DNA of 64,000 bases. Source: the human T2T-CHM13v2.0 reference genome, Homo sapiens. The notes beneath the pieces were generated by a model that ran no database searches, was not told the origin of the DNA, and was given only the letters and a program-made list of their open reading frames with translations. Numbering within the stretch: the first letter of the stretch is position 1; every line of letters begins with the position of its first letter. Below are positions 12,473-26,189 of this stretch, one piece after another. The position numbers and the translations under genes are program-made. The stretch lies in assembly GCF_009914755.1 (NCBI RefSeq), contig NC_060931.1. One strand, 5' to 3'.

Positions 12473-13919
12473 GGTGTGGGAAGAAAGGAGAGACAGACAG
12501 GGCAGTGGGGCTGGGGCCAGGCCTGGGCTTCCCGCAGAGCCGGCCGGCGGGCGGGCGCTGACTAAGGCAGCAGGCTTGGAGAAGACATCAGACTTTCTTT
12601 TCTCTTTCTAATAAATATTTCCAAATGTGCCTGACACAACAGTTACCATCTCTCCTGGCCTTCTTCATCTCTCTAGGTATCCTTTTTTTCATAGGATGCC
12701 TACATTTGAACATCTAGCCAAATTTTTAGCCGATTAGATTCCAAGGGAACCTCAGCCTTCATTTCAGGCAAACAAGCAAATTTCAAGCCTCATTTTCTAC
12801 TTCTAATAAGCACTTATCAAATTTACAGCTCTCATATACAATTCATCAGGTTAATGCCTTCGGAATATTCCTGCCTCCCTTTTGTGGCAATTTTCTTTTC
12901 CTGCGTTGCACCCTCGGTGCTCCCTCTGACTTTGCTAAGCAAATTAGCACGTCAGCTTCCTGTCGGGTGAGGAATGGTTGGGCCACAGCAGAGAGAAGAT
13001 GGGGCGAGGGGGCCTGGCCACCGTTGGCAGCCGCAATGAAATTTTTTTTTACAACATATAAAACATTGTGCCATCCTGAATCACAAAGTCCTAATTAAAC
13101 ACGAATCCTTTTCTGGGGGCCTGGCATTTGAATATATGTAATAGCATATTATTTCTCTCTTTAATTTCAAAAGCAATATACATGTGTATACACTAAAGAA
13201 AACTAGGAAAATGCTGAAAACAGGAGATGTAAACTGTGGCTCCACCATGCAAGAGAAGCTTGTCAGCATTTTAGAGCTTCTCCTTCTGGTCTTTTTTCTT
13301 CTTTTGAGGATCGGCATTTGTTTCAGGGTTGATATCACTCTTAAAAGAAACTTAAACATTTGAGATGTAAGTTACATACAGAAAAGTTCACAAATCCTCA
13401 CTGTGCACAGCTTAATGAATTTTCACAAGCACCCCAGTGAAGAAACAGAACAAAACCAGCCCCCCGTGTCACCAGCCCCAGAAGTCTCCTGATGGTCTCT
13501 CCAGGTCACCTCTCCCCCACCTCAGGGTAAACACTACCCTGGCTCCTTCCGGCATAGCTGAATTTTGCCTGTGTTTTCATGTTGTATAAGTGGAAGCATC
13601 CATTATATACACATTCTGTCTGGGTGCTTCTGCACATTGCACCTGCGAAATTCATTCATCCTTGTTAGATGTGATGGCGGTTCCTTCCTCTTCATTGCCG
13701 TATAGTATTCCCATGTAAGGCTGTACCTCAGTTGATGTATCCCTTCTCTGCTGATGGCCTTTCAGGTTGTTTCTAGTCTGGGCTATCGTGGGTACTGTGA
13801 GCAGTGATGCACTTCCCCGCACATGTGTTTTGTAGAGACATGTTGATATCTCTGTCCATCTTGAGAATGGACTTGTTGAGTCTGATCATTCACTGACCTC
13901 CAGCAGTTTCCAAGTTGCA

Positions 13920-14218
13920 GCCAGGTGCAGTGGCTCACACCTGTAATCCCAGCACTTTGGGAGGCCGAGGTGGGCAGATCACTTGAGCCCGGGAGTTTGA
14001 AACAAGTCTGGGCAACATAGTGAGACCCTGTCTCTAAAAATTATTATTTTTTAATTAGCTGGGTACAGTGACACATACCTGTGGGCGCAGCTACTCAGGA
14101 GGCTGAGGTGGGAGGATCACCTGAGCCCTAAGGGGTCCAGGTTGCAGTGAACCATGATGCATCACTGCACTCCAGCCTGGTCCACAAAGCAAGACTCCAT
14201 CATAAATAAATAAATAAA
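13920..14218 (+). mobile_element. Alu (AluJ) with (TAAA)n tail
   Basis: Full dimer. Confidence 0.9.
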
Positions 14219-14240
14219 TTGCCACAGTCAAGAATAATAA

Positions 14241-14797
<557 letters not shown>

Positions 14798-15616
14798 TGA
14801 GCCAGGGAAAGAATAACCACCGTGTGAACTTTGTGTGAATGCATCTGCGTGACCACAGTCAGGGTGAAGACGTAGAATGCTGGCGGCCCTCAGAGGCTTC
14901 TGGCGCTTTCTTTCCCAGTCCCAGAGCTCTGTCATTCCTGATCGTAGCAACCAGCATTCCTGGACAATTGATTCTGGATTCGCCTGTTTCTGAACTTCCC
15001 ATAAATGAAATCTTTGCATACTTCTTCCCTTCTGACCTCGTTCTTCTGGTCAACACTCTCCGGGGGAGACATACCCATTCATTGTGCTTGGTGCTGGTTC
15101 ATTCTCATCACTGAAGCGTGTGCTGTCCTAAGAGGGGATCAAGGTCGGTTCCATTTTGGGGCTGTGGTGAGCTCCCTTGCATATCTCCTGCTTCACACGT
15201 GTGGGACCCTCCCTGAGGTTTACACCCCAGAGAACAGTCGCCGGCTCTTTCCCAAAGCGGTGGTGAGGCTTTGCACCCTCAGGACAGCGGACGAGAGTTC
15301 CCGTTGCTCCACATCCTCCTTCCCCAGCGCCAGATCTGATGAGATGCTTGAAGCCTCGCCGGTCTGGCGGGTGTGTCCTGGTATCTTACCAAGCTTTCAT
15401 TTGAATTTCGCTGGCGAGTAATACAGTTGAGCACGGGGTTTTTGGCCGTGTGGATGCCCTCATTTGTGAAATGCCTTTTCAAGATCTCTGCTCATTTTAT
15501 GACTGAGGTGTCAGTTTTCCTTATTAATTCATAAGAGGTGTTTATAGATTCTGAATGAGATCACATTCTCTCAGAAGGTAGCTGTCGTGTAGCTTGTGTT
15601 TTAATACTTTGCATGA

Positions 15617-15760
15617 TGTATGTATGCGTGTGTATGTGTGCGTGTGTGTGTGCGCGTGTGTGTGCGCATATGTGTGCGTATGTGAGCCTGTGTGTGCATG
15701 TGTGTGTGTGGTGCACGCATGTGTGTGTATGCATGTGTGTATGTGTGCGTGTGTGTGCAT
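15617..15760. repeat. (TG/CG/TA)n alternating purine-pyrimidine repeat
   Basis: Seen directly. Confidence 0.9.
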
Positions 15761-15974
<214 letters not shown>

Positions 15975-16090
15975 TAGTATATTTTTACGAGCAGAAATTC
16001 TTTATTTTTATGTAGTAATATTTATCAATATATTCTTGCATGAGTGGGAAGAAATTCTTCCCTGTCTCTCAGTCATCAATATATTTTTCT

Positions 16091-16367
16091 GGCTGGGTGC
16101 AGTGGCTCATGCTTGTAATCCCAGCACTTTGGGAGGCTGAGGTGGGAGGACTGCTTGAGCCCAGGAGTTCAAGACCAGCCTAGGCAACATGGCAAGACCC
16201 CTTCTCTAAAAAAAATTAATGGAGCACAGATGTGCATGCTTGTAGTTCTAGCTACTTGGGAGGCTGGGGTGGGAGGATCACCTGAGGCTGAGAAGTTTGA
16301 GGCTGCAGTGAGCTGTGATTATGCCACTGCATTCCAGCCTGTGAAACAGAGTGAGACCCTATCTCAA
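16091..16367 (+). mobile_element. Alu (AluJ)
   Basis: ggctgggtgcagtggctcatgcttgtaatcccagcactttgggagg... Confidence 0.9.
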
Positions 16368-16686
16368 TCCACAAATATATATTTGTATTATATATACATA
16401 TTTTATCTTTTTATCTACTTTATCTTTCAAAATGTATAGTTCTTCTTTTTGCATTTAGCTCTGTAATCAGCCTGGAGTTGACTTTATACGTGATGGGAAG
16501 CAGGTATTCAGTTTCATTTTTTCCCATATATATTCAATTTATTGAAAAGTTATGCCTCCTCTCTCTATTAAGGGCTGCCTCTTGGGTCAGTTTCTGGATT
16601 TTTCTGTTTGTTCCATGGGCTTGTGTGTCTAATCTTATAATAATATCTGAGTCACCATAGCTTTATAGTCAACTGTCATTATCTGA

Positions 16687-17001
<315 letters not shown>

Positions 17002-17029
17002 GAAGAAGACCCTCCCTCACTCCACCTTG

Positions 17030-18130
17030 TTCTTTTTATTTAGTGACATTCTTGGCCTTTTTTTCTTCCATATACATTTTAGAATTAGTTTGTCAAGTTC
17101 CACAAAAAGAAAAAAAATGGATTGTGATTTTGATTGAGATTGCCTTGAATGTATAAATTAATTTGAAGACTGTTGATGTTTCATAAATATTCATTTTCTA
17201 TTCATTACAGACATATAGAAATTCAATATATATTTGTATATGAATTTTATGCTAATATTTTATTAATTTTGGTAACATATACATTCTGTTGGACTTTTTA
17301 TGTACATAATCACATTGTCTGTGAATAGCGAGAGCTTCGTTTCTTTCTTTCTGAATCTTATAATTTTTGTTTCTTTTTCTTGCCTTATTGCAATGGCTGC
17401 AGCTACTAGCACCATGCTGAATCAGAGTGGTGGCAGCAAGTATCCTTGTGTTGCTCTTGATTGCAAAAAGTTTTAGCTGCACCGTGGTGTGATATGCTGT
17501 AAGTTATGCACATGTTAAGAGTTTAGATCTGTATTGCCAAATGACTTTCCAAAAGAATTGTGCCAATTTCACCACAACCGTGCCAGCACTGCAATGCACT
17601 GGGATTTATTTTTAGTTTGGTGTTTTTGTTTTTTTAGATCATGTCTACTTTGATGGGCCCATGGTGTCTCACTGTATTTTCTAAAAATTTGCATTTCCCT
17701 GATTATACGGGAGGTTGAGCATTGGGCCATACGTTTCGTAACCACCTGTATTTTCTGTTTTGTGTTTGTTCCTTTACAAATTTGTTTATATGCTGTTGAT
17801 GTCTCCCTAATCAATTTGAACGAGTTCTTTACATAATGAAGATAGTTATCATTTATCTGTCACATTCGCCACAAATATCTTTCCCTCTCTGCTATACAGC
17901 TTTTAATTTGGGTTACTTTTTGTGTTCCTTTTTCTTATTTTTATTTGGTCAAATCTGCCTCCTTTTTCTTTTAAAATTTATTCTCTTCCTTCTGAGCTTG
18001 GAAAGCCTGTTTCCCTCCTGAGAACTGATAAGTATTGAATTCTGTTTTCTTCCAGCTTTTTTATGGCTTAATATTTCATATTTAACTGCTTACCCCGTCT
18101 GGAATTTGTGGGGCTGTGGGGTGTGAAGTG
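17030..18130 (-). mobile_element. Old L1 fragments
   Basis: ttccatatacattttagaattagtttgtcaagttccacaaaa and gattgccttgaatgtataaatt are typical antisense L1 ORF2 text. Confidence 0.65.
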
Positions 18131-20705
18131 AGGAGTTAATTGCCGCTTGCAGTTTACCAGGGGATGGGGCCTCATTTGCACTTCCAAGTCTCTGGGCTCA
18201 GCTTCCTCTGTCGGTGCTGAGCGGGGGAGATTAAAGGAAGCAGGGAGGTGGCATCTTGTGCGCTGGGATTGATTGTGGAGCCCTAATTACCACGGGGACA
18301 ATCCTACTGGCAGCCTCTGCCTGAGTTTCAGTCCAAAGCAAAGAACTCTCGGCCGAGTTTAGCTACATCCAGTGTAACCTTGGGGAGGTCTCTGTGTATG
18401 TTTGAGACTCGGTTTCCCAGTCTGTGAAATGCGGGTACTGATGACACCTGTCCTGTAAGGGCTGTCGCCGGACTGTGTGCTGGGGGGTTTGTCCTGCAAA
18501 AAGCAAGGGGCCGGGAGGGCTCAGTACAAATCCCGGCTCTTCTGTGTGACCTTCAGCAAGAGGTGTCACTGCGGTGTGCCTTAGTTTCTCCATCTGAAAA
18601 CAGGGATAATAAAGCTGGAGTTTCCACCTCCTCGTGGGGCTGGAGGATGGTTCTGCAAGTCAGCCCATGGGAGGGCCTGGCATTTGCCACAGGTGCACAA
18701 CCGCTGTTGTTCTTGTTACGGCTGCCACTCAGGAGAAGGGAGCCTGCAGCCGGGCATGGTGGCCTCTGGGTGGGGGACCCTGCCAGCTGTGAGTGGGCTG
18801 GTGGGTGGGGCCACCTCCTTTTCCCAGCACCGATGGAGGCCATACTCTCCCCCTCCTCACCCCAAAACTGGGCTGTGGGGAATGGGCACCCAGAGACCCA
18901 GTCTCTTGGTCCTGATCCGGACAAAAGGACCAGCGTTGTCTGGAGAACCTACAATACACACACACAAGCACACAGACACTCACACATGCACACACAAGCA
19001 CACCTGCATGCACACACACTCATGCATGTGCACACGTGCTCACACACAGCCAGACCCTCCGTAAACACATGGTGATACACACAAAGCCATGTGGGTCACT
19101 GGGTCTCGACTCCTCCCCACCCCAGGAGGCTCCACCTACAGCAGTACTAGGTGGGGGTCAGCTTGGGGTCCTGAGTGTGACCTGGGGTACGCAGTCAGAT
19201 CACCCACTGCCCTTGCTTGGGAGTCCCGTCTCCCTCACTCTGAGACCCCACATCACGTCACCCCTGCGAGGTCAGTGCCAGGTCTGGGCACCCCTCCACA
19301 GCCAGGTGCCCAGCCCCCCAGTAGGGGGCAGGGACTTGAGTGGCAACGTCACCTGTCTGCTGAGGGCCTGCCTGCTGTATGCTGGGGTGTGGGCTGGGCA
19401 GGCCCCACACCAAGGGTCAGCCCTGTCCACCAGGGCTCGAGGTCAGCTTAGAGCCTCATGGAGCTCCCGGCTGGAGAGAAGGCAGCCGTGCGTGTCCCCG
19501 TCAGAATGTGGAGACGGGGACAGTGAGGATGGGCCCTGAACAGAGGAGCCAGCCTGGGTGGGTCTGCGAGAGGCTCCCAGGCAGAGGGCACAGCAAGTGC
19601 AGAGGGCAGAGGTGGAGACCTGCTGGGGTGGGGGGCGCGTACTGGAGAACAGAGGGACACCCAGTGGCCAAAGGGCAGAGCCCGCAGGAGGTAACAGCCT
19701 GAGGGCTGCAGGTCACACCCACAGGGCCAAGGGGTGGGCAGCATGGAGGTGCAGGGTGGCAGGGACCCTGGGCGGGGCGGCACAGCTGTGCGGGAGGCTG
19801 GGCTGCTGGCATCAGCAGGCGCCCCTCCTCCCCACCTCGCTAAACAATCATTGCACAAAATATGCAAATGGTATAATTACTGTTATTTGTTTTGCTGATA
19901 TAAGTGTTTGAAATGCAAATGTCAAGTTTGGGCGCCTTCATTTTTCCAACCCTCTCACCCGGACATTTGCAAGTTGATGAGTTGTTCTTCATCCTGGAAG
20001 GAGGAGGAGGAGCTCCCCCCAACCGCCAGGGTGCCAGGGGAGTGAGTCCAGCGTGGCAGCCGCCACTGCCTGCCCGAGGGCACTGCTGGGCCCCCCTTCC
20101 GACGGCACACAGTGGGCACCTCAGATGGCAGGCCTCACAGCCTCACCATGCACCTGTGTGATCAGCCACTCGGAGCCTCAATTTACCCTCGCCTCTGGGG
20201 GCTGCTGTCCCTCTGGGCCCTTGCCCTTTCTGGCCCTGCCCTTTCTGGCTCATGGCAATTCAGTGGATGGCTTTGGGCCTCGGTTTCCTGTCCACAACAT
20301 CCTGCACAGATTTGTTGCCCTTCTGTAAAGTAGAGTCTTAGTGTCCCGGGATGGTCCTCGGGGAGGTCTGATGAGCCCCCGAATATCACAGACAAAACTG
20401 CCTGTGTATTTTCCAGGGTGGGTTCTTAGCTTTGACCCCTCCAGCCCAGTGGTCTCTGAGGTTCCCCAGCCTGCGGTTCCAGACGAGATTGAACTGTGAG
20501 CCTTCACCCTGACAAAGGGATGGTCACGATCGTCCTTGTTCTACAGGGAGGGAAACTGAGGCACAGCATTCCAGGGGCTTGTCCAGGTCACGGCAGTGGT
20601 GGTGTCGCTGAGCTGCCAGCCTAGCCTCCCTCTGGGTTCCTCCTCCGATCCACCGCGGACCACATACAAGGGCAGGAGCCACCACTTCTTCAAAACTCAG
20701 CAGCT

Positions 20706-20985
20706 GGCTGGGCACCGTGGCTCACGCCTGTTATCCCAGCACTTTGAGAGGCCGAGGTGGGTGGATCACGAGGTCAGGAGTTCAAGACCAGCCTGGCCAA
20801 GATGGTGAAACCTCATCTCTACTAAAAATACAAAAATTAGCCAGGCATGGTGGTGGGTGCCTGTGATCCCAGCTACTGGGGAGGCTGAGGCAGAGAATTG
20901 CTTGAACCCAGGAGGCAGAGTTTGCAGTGAGCCGAGATGGTACCACTGCACTCCAGCCTGGGCAACAGAGTGAGACTCTGTCTCA

Positions 20986-21016
<31 letters not shown>

Positions 21017-21032
21017 CAAAACAAAACAAAAC
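20706..21032 (+). mobile_element. Alu (AluSg-like) with (AAAAC)n tail
   Basis: Full dimer; ggatcacgaggtcaggagttc. Confidence 0.95.
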
Positions 21033-23653
21033 ACCCAGCAGTTCCACATCCTTCAAGTTCCACCATGCACTGCTGCCACCCACACCACCCTCCACGACAT
21101 GCAAATCTGGGCGTGCCCCCGGCCTTCCCAGTGCAGCCCCTGGGCCAGCAGCTGCTGTGTGTTAGATCACCAGTGACCCCACGAATGCCTGATCGATGCT
21201 GGCTGTTCAGAAGCATGGGTTTCTAGCAGCAATGCAAGGACCACTGTGAGGTTGTCTAATCACCTTCACCCCTATGAAGTGCACAGCCCCAGAGAGACCA
21301 CCCTCCAGGCCTGGCTGGCTTCTACAGGGTGGATGAGTGGGCCCCTGCACCCCACCTTGTGTCCAGCCCCTCGGGTGCCATGCGTTGGCAGATGCTAGGC
21401 AGGATGTTGGGTTAAAGCTCAGGCTGTGCCCGAGGTGGTGCATTGGATGCCTGGGCCTGGATGTGTCTGAGTGAGCCTTTGTGGAGAGCGATGGGTGTGC
21501 CTGTGTCATTGAGTGTGCATGCCTCTGTGTGCGCATGCATGAGTTCATGTGCATGTGTACACATGTGCAACACACGTACACGTGTACACATGTGTGCACG
21601 CACATACATGTCTGTGTACACTCACAGTCTGCTTGCGACGGTAATGGAGAGTGAAAAGCTCCAGGGCAGGTGCCCTGACGTGCACACCGTGCCCAGCACA
21701 CGCATGTGAGAACATGCAGAGCCCGCTCCCAAGGGGTCTGGGCCTCTGCTCACAGTGACACGGTGGTTCCGTGATGTCTGGCTGTTCCGCTTTTGGATGG
21801 CTTTGCTGGAAAGTCCGAGAGCAGCTGGAAATCCGCGTCCTGGCCCGACCCCTCCACGTGACTGCAGGCTGGCTGCACACGCCTGTCTCCTAGTCTATAA
21901 CATGGAGTGCTTTGCAGAGCTGGGCTGGGTATACAGTAGGCACTCCACAAGCATGCGTTCCTGCCTCTCCCTGGGGCTTTGCGGGAGGCTGGTGGGCAAA
22001 CGCCCTGCATCGCAGCATCTGCCCTCCCAGCGCGGGAAGCAGGGGCAACCCTGGGGCTGATGGGTGCCCTGGGAGGGGCCTTGGGCAGGACCAAGCAAAG
22101 GAAGCAGGCACGGGCTGGGTAGACGGCAGGGCGGCTCACAGAGCAAAGGCCTGGGGCAGAGCGGGTGTGGGCCTGGAAGCCTCCTCTTATTTTATTTCAG
22201 TTACCTTTTCCAACACAGGTTCAACCTCATTAGCATATTCAAATACACACCATTATTATTTCAATTAGTGGTTAAGTAATAATCTCTAACTGATGAGCAT
22301 CCCCCCACTTCCCCACGTATTTTTTGGTTATTTACATCTGCTTCTAACCCACAATTTTAGGTAATTACATGCCACTCACTCATCTATTTGCACACACACA
22401 CTTCCTCCAGCTACAGGTTCCTGTTCGCCTTCTAGCACTTACTCTGTCCCTGGAGCTGTGGGAGCGGGGCACAGGCAGACAGACAGACCGGGGGGCCCCT
22501 CCTGGCCCCCACTAGGGCCTCCTGAGGCTCCCTCAGCCTCCAGGGGCGCGGATGCGGCAGAGCCCAGCACCAACCCCCCGCCTCTGCACCAACCTCGCGA
22601 ACCCCTTTGCACCTAGAACCCCCCTTTGTCTTGCAGACACTACCTCCTCTGGTCCCTGCACCCCACCAGCACCCCACAGCACTTCCCCTCCTGCCCTCCA
22701 GATGCAAAAGCATCATTCATGGGGCTGGGCTCTGCACCACACCCCAGCTGTGCGACCCTGGCAGGACGACTTCCCTTCTCAGCCTCAGTTTCCCTATCTG
22801 CAAAATGGGGATCAGGTGCCACCTCGTGGTGAAGGAAGCAAGTACGCTGGTGAAATGAGATGAGGCCTGGAGAATCCTCAGCACCAGGGCTGGGTGCGTA
22901 AAGCTTCCTGGGATTGATCCAGTGGGTGGACGAATGACCTGACCTGTGGGCGGCATAGTTCACTGACCAGCCCAAGGTCTGTCACTCAGCAGACCAGCAC
23001 AGAGCTGCGCTTGGGCCTGAGGCTTCTGCCTCCTGACTTAGTTTCCTTCTCAGTGATTGGCCTGGCCTGGCATTTGGCATACTCTGCTCCCAGGCAGTTG
23101 GGGTGGGAGGTGCCAGGGAGAGGGCCCTGCCAGGGGTGGAGCAGTTCTGGTGAGCATACCCAGGGTCTCTACCTAATCAGTCCAGCTGTTGTTTCATCTT
23201 CCTTCACCTCCTGGAGGGATGTTGGATGCGATGTGCCTGGAAGGTTCCCACGGACCCAACAGCCCCAGAGGCTCTGGGGCTGTAGCCCCAGAAGTGAGCC
23301 CCACCTTTACCCCAAACACCTGGGCCACCGCCAAGTGACTAGAGCTGGAATTGGTTGCAGTGACCCCAGGTCTGGCAACTCCCTCGGTCTGCAGTTCAGT
23401 TCATATCTTGCATCTGCTGTTGGCTCCTCTCCCCTCTATCCCGGCTGGCACATGGCTCTGTGTGTCAGCCTGCTCTGTGTGTCAGGAAGTCCCCAGCCTC
23501 TCTGATTTGTTCTTGAGGTGTGACGTACCTGCAGTCCGACACGTGTGACTGACAGCTGGTGGCTCCGGCAGGTGGGGTCTTCCAGCAGCTGAGACGGCTG
23601 CAGGAGGCGATGCTCCATCTCTCCTCAACCTCCTCCCCTCTGTCTCTGTGCAG

Positions 23654-23815
23654 GTGCAGCTGCCTTGGCGACCATTTGTCCTACAGTTTGTCCGGACCCA
23701 GGCTGTCCTTCTGTGTGCTGGAATGAGGCGAACATGTCTTTGAGCCCAGCAGGGAGGAATCCTCCAGCCTATTCCTCGCTGGTGCATCAGGTCGTTGGCG
23801 GGCCCTGACACACAA
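23654..23815 (+). other. ELFN1: Non-coding 5'-UTR exon of ELFN1 (162 nt)
   Basis: Long pyrimidine tract ending ctctgtgcag| (AG 23652-23653) and donor CAA|GTAAGG (GT 23816). The 162-nt length fits the recalled transcript structure. Confidence 0.75.
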
Positions 23816-26119
23816 GTAAGGCATGCTCTTGTTCCTCATGCTCTCCGCAGGGGGTTGCAGAGAAGGGGGACAGGAACAATTCCTAATGACCTGTGAGTAC
23901 GTGTGCCTGGAAGGAGATGGAGACAGAGCCAGGTGTCCTGCAGAAATAAGCGTTTCTTAGGGATTGACTCTTGTTCAATGGTGCTGCCCTCAGATGAAGG
24001 GAGTGGACAGAGGCCGCAGGGGTGGCCTCGGAATTGGACAAAAGGAGCCTGGGGCTGCCGGGGGACCCGGAAATAGTCTAAGTAGGTGGTGGCCATACTC
24101 GGGGTATGCCCATTATCCTTCCCTGACAAGCCAGGATCAGCCCTGAGGATTAGAGGAGACTTCATCTTCCACCACTTTTGTGATCAGATATGGTCCAGTG
24201 TTTGAGCGTAAAACCACTATGTGAATAACACGGCATAGGTCACGTAGGTTAATATTGACTTGCAGTATGTATTTGAAGCAGGTTCTTGTCTGGAAAAATA
24301 TATACAAATGTTGAATTGAATGCCTAGGTGAATAGGCAGGTGGAGGTCTCCATCCCAATGGCTTGCCAGATCTTTTGGTGACCCAGTTATGCTGTGTCTT
24401 TTCTGAGTTTCATTCTGCATTGGGAAGGTAGCTGGACAAGTTCTTTTTCTGCAGCATTTTTCAGAAATAGCAGATATGTCCTCTCTGGGCAACTGTACTT
24501 TGGATTTGGGAAACTGTACTTCACCCAGTTCTGGGACTCCAACTCAGCAGTTTTCAAATTTAGCAGGTCCTGTTCCGTAGTTTCTTTGTCTAATAGAGCT
24601 CGGTTGTAATATCTAACTTGACCAGAAGGAGGCGCTATTGTTAAGCAACACAGTACACTGAAAAGTCTGGATTTTAGACTGTGGGTTTCCTCAATAAATA
24701 GCTTGTCTTCCATATTGAAGAGTTCTATACACTGAATTTATTTAAAGTGGTTGTATTCCTTATGTTCTGCCAATTCCAATGGACCACAAGAGGAAGGCAT
24801 CTGGGAATTTTCGGGTTCTCTCCTTCATTACATGGGGGGACAGACAATCTGTCTAGAACCTCCCAAGGCTTGCCTTTTTCTGCTCGTGGTCAGATGGTTC
24901 CCCAGACCTCTCCACAGCTTTTAGAGGGAGGTATCTCAGGAAGACAAGTTGAACTGAACTCTGGGGAGGGATCCCAAAGGACCTCATTTCCCAGGCTCTA
25001 TCCTGCCCCCTCACCCCTGCCACTAAGGCATTATTTGAAAGCCTCACCAGGACTTGGTAGGGAGGGGTTCCACGCACAGCATTGGCCCTGCCAACAGCTT
25101 GTAGCATCTCCAATTTGGGAGGCCCTCAAGTCTTATCCATTGCAGCTGTCTCATGTTACAGGTGGGGAAACTGAGGCCCGGGGGGCCACATGGTGATTCA
25201 GAGTCAGATCGGGGCCATAGGTCTCCTCTAACTCACAGGCCAGTGTTCGTTTCTCCACGTCTTTCTCTTTCCTTCCCACAAAGGCTGGCAGGTGATGGGG
25301 TCCCCAGGGCAGGCTGCTCCCTGCCCAGGCCCCAGCCCCTGGTCCACTGCTGCTGTTAGCTCTGTCCTGCTCTGCTGCCTTGAATATTGCCTAGAATATT
25401 AGGGCTGGAAGGCACCTTCGGGATCATGAACCCAACTTTCTCATTTATAGATAAGGAACTTGAAGCCCAGAGAAGGGAAGGGACTCACTCCTGAGACCAC
25501 CCAGCAAAATCTTCACAAAGTGAGGGCAAGGTCCCAGGTGTTCCAGGCCCCCAGCCTGGAGTTCCCTGCGGCACAGTGGGCTGCCCCGCCTGAGCCAGGA
25601 TCAGCAGGGACTCAAATGCCAGCCCCTACCTGGCCCTATCTGAGGTCTTCCAGCTCCCCAGTGGGATAGTCCCTCCTTCCCATCTGGGATCCCTCCAAGC
25701 CCTGCTGACCTCAATACCACATTCGTATTTCAGGAAAGATACCCTTCCCCTGGGAATATGTGGACCAGTCTCCGAGGGGCTGCGTCTCCAGAGTGGAGTG
25801 ATGTCCTCCCTGTGTGCAGACTGTGTTCCATGTGGGTCTGTCGGTTGGCCTAGAAAGTGGAAATGAGGGAATGAACCCAGGGTGGGTCTGCTGTGCAGGG
25901 GTGGGTGGTAGCAGCTGCCACTGAGGCCCGCCTGTGGGACCCCTACTCAGCCTATGCCCCAAACATCCAGAGGCCAGAGGAGGGGAGGGGAGGGAAGGGC
26001 AGGGAGTGTGGGAAGAGGAGGAGATGAGAGAGGAACAGAGAGACCCAGAAAATATAGAGACTTCCAGAAAGAGGAGGAGACAGCCGGAGGCTCAGAGAGA
26101 CATGGGAAGGAAAAACCTT

Positions 26120-26132
26120 GAAGAGAGAGCGA

Positions 26133-26185
<53 letters not shown>
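26120..26185. repeat. (GA)n microsatellite
   Basis: Seen directly. Confidence 0.95.
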
Positions 26186-26189
<4 letters not shown>

